Shown here: positions 26,822 to 39,674 of the stretch, piece after piece
Position numbering within the stretch: position 1 is the stretch's first letter
Layout: each line of letters opens with the position of its first letter
Source of the DNA: Camelus ferus
Taxonomy: Eukaryota
Assembly: GCF_009834535.1 (NCBI RefSeq)
Contig: NC_045697.1
Coordinates: forward strand, 24,244,001 to 24,308,000
Direction: 5' to 3'
Length of the DNA stretch: 64,000 nucleotides
Notes under the pieces: generated by a model
Told to the model about the DNA's origin: nothing
The model's database searches: none
Seen by the model: the letters and a program-made list of their open reading frames with translations, nothing else
Program-made: the position numbers and the translations under genes

Positions 26822-27985
26822 TTTGTTTTTTGTTTTTTTGGTTTTTGTTTTTTGTCAATTTAAATCTACCTTTGAATTCCTCTAGTGAATTTTTCATTTC
26901 CATTATTATACTTTTCAGCTCCAGAATTTCTTTCTGGATCTTTTTAGGTTTTCTATCACTTTGTTGATGTTTCCATTTTATTCAAACATTATTTCCCTGA
27001 CTTTCTCCACATCTTTATTTAGCTTTTTAAGCATATTTAAGATTGTTGCTTTAAAGTCTTTGTTTAGTAGATCCACCATCAGGTTTTTGTCAGGGACAGT
27101 TTCTGTTGATTGATTTTTTTCTTTGGATAAGCTATGCTTTCCTGTTTCTTTGTATACTTTGTGATGTTCTGGTTGAAAACTGAATGTCAAATAAGGTTCT
27201 GTTTTGAGTCAAACAATATGGCAACTTTGGAAAGCAAAGGCTTTCCTTTCCCCTGGGTTTGCTGGCTTTTGTTGTTGTTTAATTTTTTTTTTTTTTTTTT
27301 TTTTTTTTTGTAGGCTGTCTCTGTACTGAGGATCCGTGTGAGGTGTAACTTTAAGGTCTTCTCAGATCTTTTCTGAGTCTCCACTTTCCTCTGGGCATGT
27401 ATGGTTTGTGTCTGTTTTCCCCCTTAATATGCAGTTGTTTTTGAATGTCCTAGTCTTCAATATCTGGGTCCTAAAAGGGAAAAAGTAAGAAAAATAAAAG
27501 ATAGGAGGGAACAAAAGGTGACAGCCCTTTAAATTCTATGAAAGTCATTTCAGCCACAGAAGGAGGGTCTTGAAAGATGGATGGAAGTGTAACAACAATG
27601 GCTGGCTACTTTTGTGTCTGCACTTCTGTGATCAGAAGCAGCACTCAGTGATCAGAGCATATATCTCCAATATTTAAAGGACAGAGTCCTTCTTGCCCAT
27701 CTTAGCTTCATGCTCTGTGCAAACTTCTCCAGGAACATGTACACAGGTGCCTGCCATACAGCTAACAAGTGAGAGATGGGTAGGTAGTAATGTGCTAAGA
27801 TCTGAAATTTATGAAAATTAATGACAGTTTACCATTCACATCATGATCTGAAAGTGGAGATCTTTAATAGTCTCCAGAGTTCTAAAATAGTTACATCAGA
27901 CAGACTGTGCCAGTGCAATTGTTATCTAGCTGGGGAGAAAGGTTTCTGGTGCTCCCTACTCTGCCATCTTCCCAGAATTTTCTCA
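26548..27985 (-). mobile_element. Old L1M 5' UTR/ORF1 region
   Basis: tttgggaacttttcagccattatttcttcaaatat…; ORF 26978..27190(-) reads …DLLNKDFKATILNMLKKLNKDVEK…, typical of an old L1 ORF1p N-terminal coiled coil; contains (GT)n at 26786-26811 and T27 at 27283-27309. Confidence 0.75.
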
Positions 27986-28114
27986 TCAAGAGAGATATAT
28001 TTTTACTACATAACTATTATTTTTTGTTCAGTAAACATAAATTTGATTTATCTTTGTAATGACATGTGTATCATTTGTCATTCCTTTCTGACAATAAGTT
28101 TCCGGTTTGTGTAA

Positions 28115-29210
28115 AAATGTGTTTACTTTGTCATCATTTTGGGGGTATTTTCATTGAGTGTGGAATTGTAATCATTATTTTCTTTCAGCACTTTTAGTAT
28201 ATCACTGTATTATCCATGTCTTTCATTATTTCTATCAAGAAGCCAAATGATTGTCTTATTGTTGCTCCTTTCATGTTTTTCCTTCCTTCTTCCCTCCATC
28301 TCTTCCTCTGCCTCCTCCCTTTTTTCTTTTTTCTTTGTCTTCTTCCTTCTCTTTTTCTCTTCTCACTCTTCATTCTCTTCATCCTCTCATCCTCCTCCTC
28401 TCGTTTGCAATTAATAAGGCATCTCAAACATGTAAATTACTGCCTTTTGACAGTTTTTGAAAATTCTTTAAGATAATATATCTTCAAATAATGTTTACTG
28501 CCATTCACTTCCTTCTTTCCCTCTGAGACTCCAATTATATGTATATTTGAACTTTTTCTTATGTCCCACAAGTTTTAAAACATTTTTGTGTACTTTTCAT
28601 TTACCGCTCTGTGCTTCAGTTTACATGACTGATATTAGTACACCTTCTAGTTGATGTCTTTTGTCTAGACAGGGACTGTGCTCACTCTCGGCTGGCTTGC
28701 GGCACTAGTAATGCTCACTCTACCTCTAGGTTTCTGTTAGCTCTTACACGTTCTCAAATCAGAGTCCTGACTGTTCTTCATGGTCCCTCTAGTTTTTGTT
28801 TTATAAAAAAACAAGTAGGTTAGTTTTGATTTTCAACATATTTTCACTTAGAAATTTAGCTTTCTACTCAAGTCGTGCAGCCCAAAGTTTCTCAGATGTC
28901 CTAGAGAAAAAACAAACTATGTAGTGCCACACCCATGAGTCCTTCAAAAATTCTGCTGATTTTTCTGTCCCCAGCAGTGCCATCTTGTGTTCTTTGACTC
29001 TTTGTCTACTAACAGAAATACCTCTAGGGCTCTGCTAGTTGCTGAATTCAGATTACCTCTCCATGGTTTACACTTTTCTGCAGCTTTAGCCCATTTCTGC
29101 TTTTTCTGTTCTCAAAAAGATCATTTCTCTGATTTATTTGGATTTTTAAATAGACTTTAGTAGAAGTACTAACCTACAAATAGCTGCTACATATCCCTCA
29201 GAAGCAAAAC
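28115..29210 (-). mobile_element. Second old L1M ORF1/5' relic containing a polypyrimidine low-complexity tract (~28270-28402)
   Basis: ttttctttcagcactttt…; atcttcaaata…ctctgagactccaattatatgtatatttga… are typical antisense L1M ORF1 motifs; boundaries approximate. Confidence 0.55.
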
Positions 29211-30459
29211 TATGTATTTATTAAATTAGCCAATTTCTAGAGCAACTATGTGACAAATATTATATTGGAGAATTTCAACATGTATATTAGGAACACGTTA
29301 CATATATTGTATATATATAATGTTAAATATATATTCTAATGATAAAACTTTGTGAATAATACAATCACATCATTCAATTATAAAAGAGTGTAGAATTGTT
29401 AAAGTTTGTTTTGCCATCAGACAATATATTGGAGAATTTGGTTTATTCTGAATTTTAAGTAAGTAAGCTGTTATATTAATGTATTAACATTCACACTCTG
29501 GTTCCAGAAACATTTGTTGTAACTTTGAAACTGAAAGAAGGTAATTTTTTAAAGTGGGACCAGAGGGGAAAAAATGTCTTACATAGTACTCCAAATAAAC
29601 TGAGTACAAAGGGCATGAGGAGAAAATGCCTTACAAATTTCCAGGAAATAAAAATTTAATTGAAAAAATCTGTCTTTCATTTGATAGTGAATGAGAAAGA
29701 ATTCAGTTCAATTATGTTGAAATATGGACAATTTTCACAAAGCATAAAGTATAAATTAAAAGCAGCATTTAGAAAACTAGATTAGCTCTTTTGGAATAAA
29801 TTCATTTAAACATTTTTTACACTTATTCTTTTGTATGAACTTATATTTTAAAATTTAGCAAATACAATCAGTCATCCATGAAAACATCCAAAATTTGAAA
29901 AAATATTTTGGAAGACATTAATTCCTAAGATTGCCATTTTAAGCATGATTAGCATATATTTTAACTACCTTCTGCTGTGTGAAACTGATGATGATATTAG
30001 ATTTTACTGAGAAAATGTTCTATTTAAAACCTCAAAATTTTCACACATTTAATTTATTAAACCATTTTTATTTTAGAGAAAAAAATCCATTTATATTTCC
30101 TCTTACTCAAAAAAAATCCACAAAGTGATGAAGTAAATTGGGTTTTCTCATATTGCAATACATTTAACTAGAAAGCATTATTCATTTATGTCTTTAAACC
30201 CAGAGAGTTATATTTACCTAACTTTTAAATACCATGCAGACTTAACTGAAGATTACTGATAATCAGTTTCAACTTATTTTTCAATAAATTGGAAAACATC
30301 TAGAATTACTTATTATCCCAATATATATTAATTACATTTTAAAAGAGTTTTCATCCATTCCCCTGCTATATTAAGCGCAAAAAGTCTAATTTAGTTTGTG
30401 AATATTAAAGATGTTATATACTTGAGATCAGAAACCATACTTTGCTGATATAAATATAG

Positions 30460-30650
30460 TTGTAGATAACACTTACTGAGTACTTGTCATGTGCCTGGAA
30501 ATGTTAGGTACTATTCAAATCTTATTTTGCATATTCAGGAAAATAGAAATTATATAAATGAACTGACCAACTTTACAGGTCTCGTAAGTGGTGGAGCTAA
30601 ACTTTGCACCCAGCCATCTGAATGTAGCAGCCATATCGCTAGTCACTATT
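30460..30650 (-). mobile_element. MIR SINE relic
   Basis: ataacacttactgagtacttgtcatgtgcctgg…gtaagtggtggagct…cccagccatctga. Confidence 0.6.
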
Positions 30651-31061
30651 GTAGGACATAATCTGTAGCACATCGTCTTCCAAAATATGAACTCCAAGCA
30701 AAAGACTCAGGAGATATGCATGTAAAGATCAAACTACTGGGTCAATTTTGTTATTGAGAGAACAGTTGGAGACCTTTATTTAAATATTTGGCAAACATGA
30801 ACATCTTAATATGAAACTGCAGAAGTAGAGAAATTCCCTTACTGGTTTCCAGGCAGAGCTGGCTGAATGCCAGGTTTCCTCTGCAATGGAGAAGGTCAGA
30901 ATTCTTTCTGGACCTTCAGATGCCAATTTGCCCCTCCTCCCCAGAGCTGGAATGAGTGATGGAGCAGAAAAAAGACTAAGGGCGTTGAAATACTCATTAT
31001 ATTCATTTCTCTGCACATAGGTAAAAAGATGTTTGCCTTCCCTAAAATCCACTCTATTGTC

Positions 31062-31066
<5 letters not shown>

Positions 31067-31110
<44 letters not shown>
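31067..31110. repeat. (TA)22 microsatellite
   Basis: Counted directly. Confidence 0.9.
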
Positions 31111-31117
<7 letters not shown>

Positions 31118-31800
31118 GTATACATGTATGTAGATAGATAGAACTCTTCATCAATAAAAGATCTAAATTAATAAAATGTTACAGCATTTTGTAGAAATTT
31201 GTTATATTTTCTTCTTTAGGATGCCAACATAGCAATATTTTCAGAAATAAAGTTTGATTTCTGGAATTCTTAATCTGATTTTGTAATTTTTCCATTAAAT
31301 CAAAATTTTGTGAGTTGAAGCATAATGTGTTATTGCTCCAATGGCTTCCCAACGTCTTTAAAATAATAAATATTCAGACATTTTGTAAATGCTAGTTCAA
31401 AAGAATGATTTATTTTTTATAGTTTCGTAGCAACTCTGGCACTGCTTTTCTCTCTTTTTCGCAAGTGATAAAAATCAAAGGCCCAGATGCCAGTGTGCCA
31501 GTGCACCATAGCCAACGTGACTGTACACTGCACTTCCTGAAGCATCCTCTTGTGATAGCACGTTCATTTTACATTCATTCTCAAAACCAAAAAACACAAT
31601 TTTCACTGGTTAATTGGTTACTTATTTGAGTAAATAGAATTTTGCCCAAGTCAATACACATAAGATATTTACTTTGTAATTTGATTTTGTTTTACTTGCA
31701 AGCTATGGCCATCGAGTGATGTGGATTTCAGTTTCAAGGCTTATGATCTAGTAGAACTATGGCCCAGTTAATTATGAAGCTTAATTGCTATAATGAAGTG

Positions 31801-32611
31801 CAAGCATGCCTCGGAGATATTGCGGGTCTGGTTCCAGTCCACTACAATAAAGCAAAGACTGCAATAAAATGAGTCACACGAATTTTTTGCTTTCCCAGTG
31901 CATATAAATTGATGTTTATGCCTTACTGTAGCCTATTAAGTGTGCAACAACATCATATCTAAAAAGATGTACATACTTTAATTAAAAAATACTTTATTGT
32001 TAAAAATGTCTGACCATCATCTGAGCCCTCAGTGAATCATAATCTTTTTGTCGGTCGAGGGTCTTGCCTTGATGTTAATGGCTGCTGATGGCCCAGGGTG
32101 CTGGTTGCTGAGGGTTGGGGTGACTGTGGCAATTTCTTAAGATTACAACAAAGTTTTCCACATAGATTGACTCTTCCTTTCATGAATACTTAGAGGCCCT
32201 TGTAGGGTTATTAATCGAGCCAACTTTCAATATTGTTGTGTCTCAGGGAGTAGGGAGGACTGAGGAGAAAGAGAGATGACGAGGGGGTGACCAGCTGGTG
32301 GAGCAGTCAGAACATGCCCAACATTTATAGATGAAGTTCACCATCTTCTATGAGCATAATTTGTGACAACCCAAAACCACCGCCATAGTAATATCAAAGA
32401 TCACTGGTCACAGGCCACCGTGACAAATATGGTAATAATGAAAACGTCTGAAATACTGCAGGAATTATCAAAATATGACACAGTGACAGAAAGTGAGCAA
32501 ATGCTTTTGGAAAAACAGTGCCAATAGACTTGCTCAAGGCAGAGTTGCCACAAAACTTCAATTTATTAAAAAACACATTACAATGACCAATAATAAAACA
32601 GGGTATGCCTG
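31801..32611 (-). mobile_element. Internally deleted Tigger1 (Tc1/mariner-pogo) derivative, ~810 bp
   Basis: Both termini present: caagcatgcctcggagatattgcgggtctggttccag… and …aaaacagggtatgcctg; TA at the right flank (TG at left); the two ends are joined near gactcttcctttca (~32170-32183) with the transposase body missing. Confidence 0.9.
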
Positions 32612-33379
32612 TAGACCCAGCATTGTGTGGGCCATTTAGGGGTTTCACATTATGAGGGTGTGGGTCACTTACCCTACAGAAAAGGTATAATCTACAGATA
32701 AATTTCAATAGATCACAAATGGAGATCAATGTGACAAGTCACAGTTTGTTGTTAACAGTGGCAGGAGCTTTCACTTAAAGAAGGAATTAGAGTAGTGGGT
32801 GTAAGGAACTACCAGCCTTGACCCTAACCTAGGTCTCTGATCTTTTCAGTCACAGGAAGTGAAGTGAAGGATGTAAACCGCTGAGGTTTGGTCAGCACGG
32901 AGAATTTAGTCTTCAATGTAAATTTCCTGGCTCTCTGCTTAATTTATATTATTTCCTGTTAATGGAATTTCTTAACAGAAACACGAGTGAGAAGATTGCT
33001 TATAAAATAATTGATAATCCTACCTGTCATGTAATATCTGGAGTACTGGAAACAGCGATATGCCAACAAGGCAATATTCCATTAGACTAATGGCCTGGAT
33101 AACTCATTAAAGAAGACTCTGACATGGGCATGACATGTAAATTCCTAACACATATAAATCTGTCCTTTATTACTACTACTGTTGTTCCTGTGACAAGGAA
33201 GTATTTTTATCAACAAAAGAAAAGGCAAACAATATGAACTAAACCATTGCAGAAAATATTTGGCTTTGATTGAAAACATATACATCACCCTCACCACCTT
33301 ACCACTCATGCAGTTTCTGATCTATCAGTGGTATCAGTTGAATATCCCTCCAAATTAAACCTTAAATCTCCATCTTCAG

Positions 33380-34290
33380 TTTCCATCTGCACAGCCATTG
33401 CTCCAAGCCACAAATTAGATTCTCAGTAATGCCTTTTTCTCTCTCAAGAGTTCATCCCTTACTGTTTTGGTTAAAGGATTGTTCTCCATGTCTTTCAGTG
33501 AAAATATTTTTCTGGTAAATTGCCCAGCCTTTCATAGGATGCGCAATCTAGCACACTCAGTTCTCTGAGTCTTTTCTTCCTTTCTGCCACAGCAGCTCTA
33601 GAATCTCTAATTCCCTTAGTTTAGCCCATAAAATTTTCCAGTTTTCTAGGAGATGTATGAGCACCGTGTTTGTGCAACTTCCCAGGGTTCTTACCAGAGT
33701 AATAGATCATGAGTTCCAGGGAAGTGCTCTCACGTCGATAAACCTTCCCTTACCCAACCTTATCTTCTGCCCACTGCCACTGCCCATTTGACTCAGCATC
33801 CTCAAAAAATATCCCCATTCACTGTGTTCTCCTGGATTCTGCAAGCACAGGTAGGTTACACATTTCGCTTTTTTCAGGGTACAGAACCTTTCCTTCCATT
33901 CTTCCCTTAGCAGTCTAGGCATTTCCCTGGCTGTGACTTAAACTTAACTGTGGGCTTAAATGCCAGAAAGAGAGATAGGGACACTTTGTGGAAGTCAGAG
34001 AATGTACTGTGTAATTTTCAACCAAGGAGGAATAGAAAACTTAGTAGATAGGGGTAGGCTACTTGCAATCTCAGGAGAATCTGGGGATTCATAACTTTCA
34101 AGTGCATCAACTCAGATATCTTAGTGACATATCACAGTAGCTCATTCTTTCCTAATCAAGGCCCTGATCTTGGCATAGCAGATGTGCCCAGGGGCCCCAC
34201 TACCCTTGTGACTAAATATCAGGGCTCAGATTTTTCTGCTTGCTGACTGAAAGGAGATAAGAGTCTCCTTAGATACTTCTAAGTAGGTTA
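33380..34290 (-). mobile_element. ERVL-class (class III ERV) gag pseudogene fragment
   Basis: ORF 33707..33922(-) QNPGEHSEWGYFLRMLSQ…KIRLGKGRFIDVRALPWNS, plus hand-translated LLENWKILWAKLRELEILELLWQ (33652-33584) and KRLRELSVLD, follow the ERVL gag motif order (PGE..WEWILRV…EFID.G.L…W.KRWP…ELPW…RLRE.GML). Confidence 0.7.
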
Positions 34291-34307
34291 TCTGATATCC
34301 AAAGTTA

Positions 34308-34674
34308 ATTTTTTATAGGCTTCAATTTTTGGAGCAGTTTTCAATTCACAACAAAATTGAGAGGAAAGTTCAGAGATTACATATATACCTCTGCCTCCAC
34401 AAAGCCTCCTCCGTTATCAACATCACTCACCAGAATGGTACATTTGTTACTAAGGATGAGCCTAAATTGACACATTGTTATCGCCCAAAGTCCATAGTTT
34501 ACCTTAGGGTTTACTCTTGGTCTTGTACGTTGCGGGTTTGGATAAATGTATAATGATGAATATACGTGATTATATTGTCATACAGAATTTTTTTTCACTG
34601 CCCTAAAAATTCTCTATGCTCTGCCTATTAATTCCTCCTCCTCCATTTCACCCCTGGTGACCACTGACCTTTTA
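34308..34674 (-). mobile_element. L1MC1/2-like 3' end
   Basis: gagcagttttcaattcacaacaaaattgagaggaaag…cagaatggtacatttgttac…cccaaagtccatagtttaccttagggtt…ttcactgccctaaaaat. Confidence 0.8.
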
Positions 34675-34869
34675 ATTTGAGAAGGACTGGTATGAGCTCT
34701 TCTTTGCATGTTTGATAGAATTCCCCAGTGAAGCCATCTGGTCCTGGACTTTCGTTTGCAGGGAGTTTTTTTTTTTATTGCTGATTCTATTTAGCTTCTA
34801 GTGGTTGGTCTGTTCAAATGACCTATTTCTTCTTGATTCAGTTTTGGCAGACTGTAGGTTTCCAGTAAT
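34675..34869 (-). mobile_element. Internal L1 ORF2 fragment with no 3' UTR or tail
   Basis: tagaattccccagtgaagccatctggtcctggact… is the antisense of the conserved [11 protein letters not shown] motif of L1 ORF2p. Confidence 0.85.
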
Positions 34870-36584
34870 CCTTGCAGTGCTGTAATTCTGAGATTGTGCT
34901 GGAGGCTTGTGTCAGTTTCAGTTAAAGGATGGTTGTTACCTGCCCAGCTATCTCCATGCCTTTTCTCCTCATGGTCAGGTTGACTCCTAACAGTTGTGAA
35001 CGTCTCATGGTAAGTCAGAGCTATTTATTTCTATCAGTGAAATTTTAAGATATCTGATTGCTGTAGAAAGGTCTATATGAATTTCAAATTGCTTTACTCA
35101 AATGAATTACAAAGTGTTCTTATCTATCTCTTCAAATATTATTACTGAAAATGTGTTGTGTTGTTTCACTCTATTGCTTTTGTTTTCTTTTAAAACTCAC
35201 AGAAACAGACATTTCTGAGACTCCCCAGAATTATGTCTTCTTTCTAAGACTTTAGCCTGGCAACTCTGTCCTATCTTCATTTCCTCTTTCCTTCTTTTCA
35301 TTCTTTTTTTCTCTCCTTTCTTCTTTCACCATAAATCTAAGTCCAGATCCTTTCAGTCATGTTGGTACAAGATTGGCAATGGTGATAGGATTAGACAAGA
35401 GGGCTTAGCTTCAGTAGATTTTTGCTTTTTTAAATTTATACGCATTCAGATTTAGTCATTTTTGAAATGATATAAATGTTCCTTCAAAATCCTTGTTTTT
35501 TGCAAACTTCTCCAAAAATGGAATCTGAGTTATGAAGAAGGTGGCTTTGTTGACTCAACACAATCAGGCTCAAGTTTGGCGAGATCTTTGAGTGCGAAGA
35601 TCAATATTTCGTATACCACCATGGTGTCAGTATTGTAGATGCCACTTGGTGATTTCCTAATATAACTTAATACTTATAACCCACTGTTTTAACATGTATT
35701 TAAACTCAATATTACTATACATGTACAAAGACTTCACCATGTCTGTTCTTCTGATATCTACCAACAGATAGGCAAAAACATTTTATTACATAGAATCTAA
35801 AGAACTAAGGAAAAGTTATGACTAAGGAATGAGATATAAAATTAACTCTATAGTCTTACTACAGAAACATTTGCTAGGTTATCATTATTTTTAATACTTC
35901 CATTGAAGTTATCATGACTTAATGAAAATCAAATTAATTTTTGACATCAATGGCACATTTTGAATCTTGCCCTTACTACTCAATTCTTGTGTTGATAATG
36001 TATGCATTTGTTCAAGACTGGAAAATTATGGGTTGGAGATAGGCAGATTAATATAATGGGAAAAATCTGTTTCACAATTATGATGGAAGGCAAAGGCATC
36101 AAAGATTAAGAAAAACATCTTTGGAGAAAAAGTCACTGCTTAATTTAACTTATATTATTAATCAATAATTATTCATATCATGCTTTTACTCTCTATTGTG
36201 AACGTAGGTCAAAGAAGCAAATTATTCAGCATTACAAAGATATCACAAAGATAAAATATTTGAATTCTCAAAGATTGTCAGTGTACTTTCAACAAAAAAT
36301 AAAGCACAATTTATTATCTCAAATGCCAAGAAGTACTGTGACAAAAACTGTTGAATACATCAAATATCCAGGAGGTTGGTTATTAAAACTGACATTGTCT
36401 ATATAAAGCATGATTCTTTCATTCTTATACCCATGAGTTGAATATATGTGTCAATACTAGTTTTTAATGAATTGTAGCATTTGGCAGCTACTGTCACAAC
36501 TTTCATATTAGTCAGTAGAATTTTACTCTATTAATTGTAGATTTATATTAGAATAATATTAGCTTATAAATTTTTGTTCATTTT

Positions 36585-37256
36585 GTTTTTTAACATTTTT
36601 TATTGATTTATAATCATTTTACAATGTTGTGTCAAATTCCAGTGTAGAGCACAATTTTTCAGTTATACATGAACATATGTATATATTCATTGTCACGTTC
36701 TTTTCTCTGTGAGCTACCATAAGATCCTGCATATATTTCCCTGTGCTATACAGTATAATCTTGTTTATCTATTCTACAATTTTGAAATCCCAGCCTGTCC
36801 CTTCCCACCCCCCGCCCCCTTGGCAACAACAAGTTTGTATTCTATGTCTAAGAGTCTATTTCTGTTTTGTATTTATGCTTTGTTTGGTTTTTTTGTTTGT
36901 TTTTTTTAGATACCACATATGAGCAATATCATATGGTAGTTTTCTTTCTCCTTCTGGCTTACTTCACTTAGAATGACATTCTCCAGGAGCAACCATGTTG
37001 CTGCAAATGGCATTATGTTGTCAGTTTTTATGGCTGAATAGTATTCCATTGTATAAATATACCACCTCTTCTTTATCCAGACATCTGTTGATGGACATTT
37101 AGGCTGTTTCCATGTTTTGGCTATTGTAAATAGTGCTGCTATGAACATTGGGGTGCAGGTGTCATCCTGAAGTAGATTTCCTTCTGGATACAAGCCCAGG
37201 AGTGGGATTCCTGGGTCATATGGTAAGTCTATTCCTAGTCTTTTGAGGAATCTCCA
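36585..37256 (-). mobile_element. Young 5'-truncated camelid-type L1 (ORF2 C-terminus plus 3' UTR)
   Basis: ORF 36906..37193(-) CTPMFIAALFTIAKTWKQPKCPS…YTMEYYSAIK…LSEVSQKEK is the L1 ORF2p C-terminus; T-rich tail at left. Confidence 0.95.
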
Positions 37257-37443
37257 GTTTGTTTGTTTTACATTCTAAACCAGATCTAATAAGTTAATTT
37301 GTCTTAAAGTACTATTTTTTCCTGACTAGCTGAGAATACTTTATAATTCTGTAGGCAAACGTAGATAGGTGAATACTGCCAGAAGTCATTTTCAGATTAC
37401 TACTGGTGAAGCTCCCCTTCACAGTATAAGCTCAGTTGCAGTG

Positions 37444-38001
37444 TAATTGTCCCAACTTATCTACAGGGAATGTGTTCCAAGACCCCCAAAGGATGCCCGA
37501 CACTGTGAGGAGTGCCAAATTTTATATACATTATATATATATATATATAATATATATACACCCTATATATATATATATAGTGTATTTTTTCTATACAAAC
37601 ATATCTATGATAAAGTTTAATTAATTAATTAATTGCAGTAAGAGAATATTCAGATTACCAGCATTGCTACTCTTGCACTTTCGGGTCATTATTAGATAAA
37701 ATAAGGGTTCCTTGAACACAAGTTCTGTGATATCTTGATAGTCAGTCATCAGTCTGACAACCCATCCCTAAGTGACTAATGGTAGTATATGTGGATACAT
37801 GGGACAAAGGGAGGATTCACAATCTGTGCAGGACAGAGCAGGAAGGTGCAAGATTTCATCATACTACTCGGAACAGCACACAAATTAAAACTTAAAAATT
37901 GTTTATTTCTGGAATTTTCCATTTAATATTTTTGGACCATGGTTGACTGCAGGTAATTAAAATTGTGGAAAGCAAAATTTCAGGTAAAGGGGGGACTACT
38001 G
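37444..38001 (-). mobile_element. MER44-like (Tigger7-derived) non-autonomous DNA transposon, ~560 bp
   Basis: Right TIR …taaaggggggactactg followed by TA; left end taattgtcccaacttatc…ttccaagaccccc…ggatgcc; internal tgtttatttctggaattttccatttaatatttttggac. Confidence 0.85.
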
Positions 38002-38672
38002 TATATAATTTTATCTTTCAGTAGAATTTGGCTATACTTATTTATTTGCAAATGATAAAATGGAACATTTATGTAATGTTCTCAGCAAACCCCTGTATCT
38101 TTTCATATTTATAATCCTGAACAACCATATTTTATCACTCTTTTCTGTAAGGTTAGTATTGCTCCTTATTGGGAAAGCAGAGTACTATAATAACTGCCTC
38201 ATCCACCCCCATAGACAGAAAAACAAAAATTCAAACTTACAGCACAGCATAACACAATTTGGTTGGAAATATATTCAGATTACATCATAAAAGCCAAAAC
38301 TCTGAGGATAAACTCACTTTCTTTTCTCCTTTCTGCATTTTACAAGCTTTTAAAAAAATAACTTTACTAACGGTACTGCACTATTCTTTGGGCATATGCA
38401 GGGAAGATAAGAGGAATATGAGGTGCTATATTCAGTGATAACTCATCGCTGCAAAGGAAACAATAATTGTCAGCTGTGATAGGGTAACCCTCCCAGAAGA
38501 AAAACCCTAATGCAACCTTGACACTAGAAAGTACAAACAAACAAACAACACTGAAAAACTCACTTTATTTGTTCCTGTGATCGGTCATCCCAAAGTTTTT
38601 GTCACAATTGGGGCCACTATCTAGACTGTCAGTGCCATTTGTAAGAGCTACCACAATAGGAAGTGAATCTGG

Positions 38673-39674
38673 GTTTAACTTCCAGAGTATACAAACAGCC
38701 CATACAACTCAATAGCCAAAACAGAAACAACTCAGTCAAAAAGTGGGCAGAAGACCTACAGACATTTCTCCAGTGAAGACATACAAATGGCCAAAAGGCA
38801 CATGAAAAAATGCTCAGTATCACTAATTATCAGACAAATGCAAATCAAAACTACAATGAGGTATCACCTCATACCAGTCAGAATAGCCATCATTCAAAAG
38901 TCCACCAATGATAAATTTTAGAGAGTGTGAAGAAAAGGGAACCCATCTACATGGTTGTTGGGAATGTAATTTGGTGCAGCCATTATGGAAAACAGTATGG
39001 AGATACCTTAAAAATGAAAAATAGACTTAGTCTATGATCCAGTATCCTACTCCTGGGCATATATCCATAGAAAACTCTAATTCAAAAAGATACATGCACC
39101 CTAATGTTCATAGCAGCACTATTTACAATAACCAAGACATAGAAGCAGCCTACATGTCCATCAACAGATGACTGGATAAAGAAGGCATAGAACATATATA
39201 CAGTGAAAGACTACTCAGCCATAAAAAAGGATGAAATAATGCCATTTACAGCAACATGGATGGACCTAGAGATAATCATACTAAGTGAAGTAAGTCAGAC
39301 AGAGAAAGACAAATATCACATCATATCACTTATAGGTGGAATCTAAAAAAGTGACACAAATGAACTTATTTACAAAACAAAAACAGACTCACAGACCTAG
39401 AAAACAAACTTATGGTTACTAAAGAGAAAAAAAGAGAGACAATGGGATAAACTAAGAGTTTGGGATTAGCAAATGCAAACTACTATATGCAAAATAGATA
39501 AACAAAAAGATCCTACTGTATAGCACAGGGAACTATATTCAATAGCTTGTAATAACCTATAAAAAAAAAGAATCTGAAAAAGAATATATATGTATATGTG
39601 AATCACTATGCTATACACTAGAAACTAACATAACATTTAAAATCAACTACACTTCAATTAAAAACACAAAAAGA
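38673..39674 (+). mobile_element. 5'-truncated L1 (~1 kb ORF2 3' end plus 3' UTR) with 15-bp TSD
   Basis: caaatcaaaactacaatgaggtatcacctc…tgtatagcacagggaactatattcaata…cttcaattaaaaa; TSD AGGAAGTGAATCTGG (38658-38672) vs AGGAAGCGAACCTGG (39675-39689), 13/15 identical. Confidence 0.95.

Noticed and set aside
26340..26885. Longest ORF (181 aa, hydrophobic, F/L/V/C-rich)
   Set aside because: It is the antisense reading of T-rich MLT2/L1M sequence and a (GT)n microsatellite; a compositional artefact, not a membrane protein.
28194..28476. K/R/E-rich and F/L/S-rich ORFs
   Set aside because: They are translations of a polypurine/polypyrimidine low-complexity tract within an L1 relic.
29252..29439. 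15-bp direct repeat tatattggagaattt ~165 bp apart
   Set aside because: AT-rich, with no identifiable element between the copies; could be chance.
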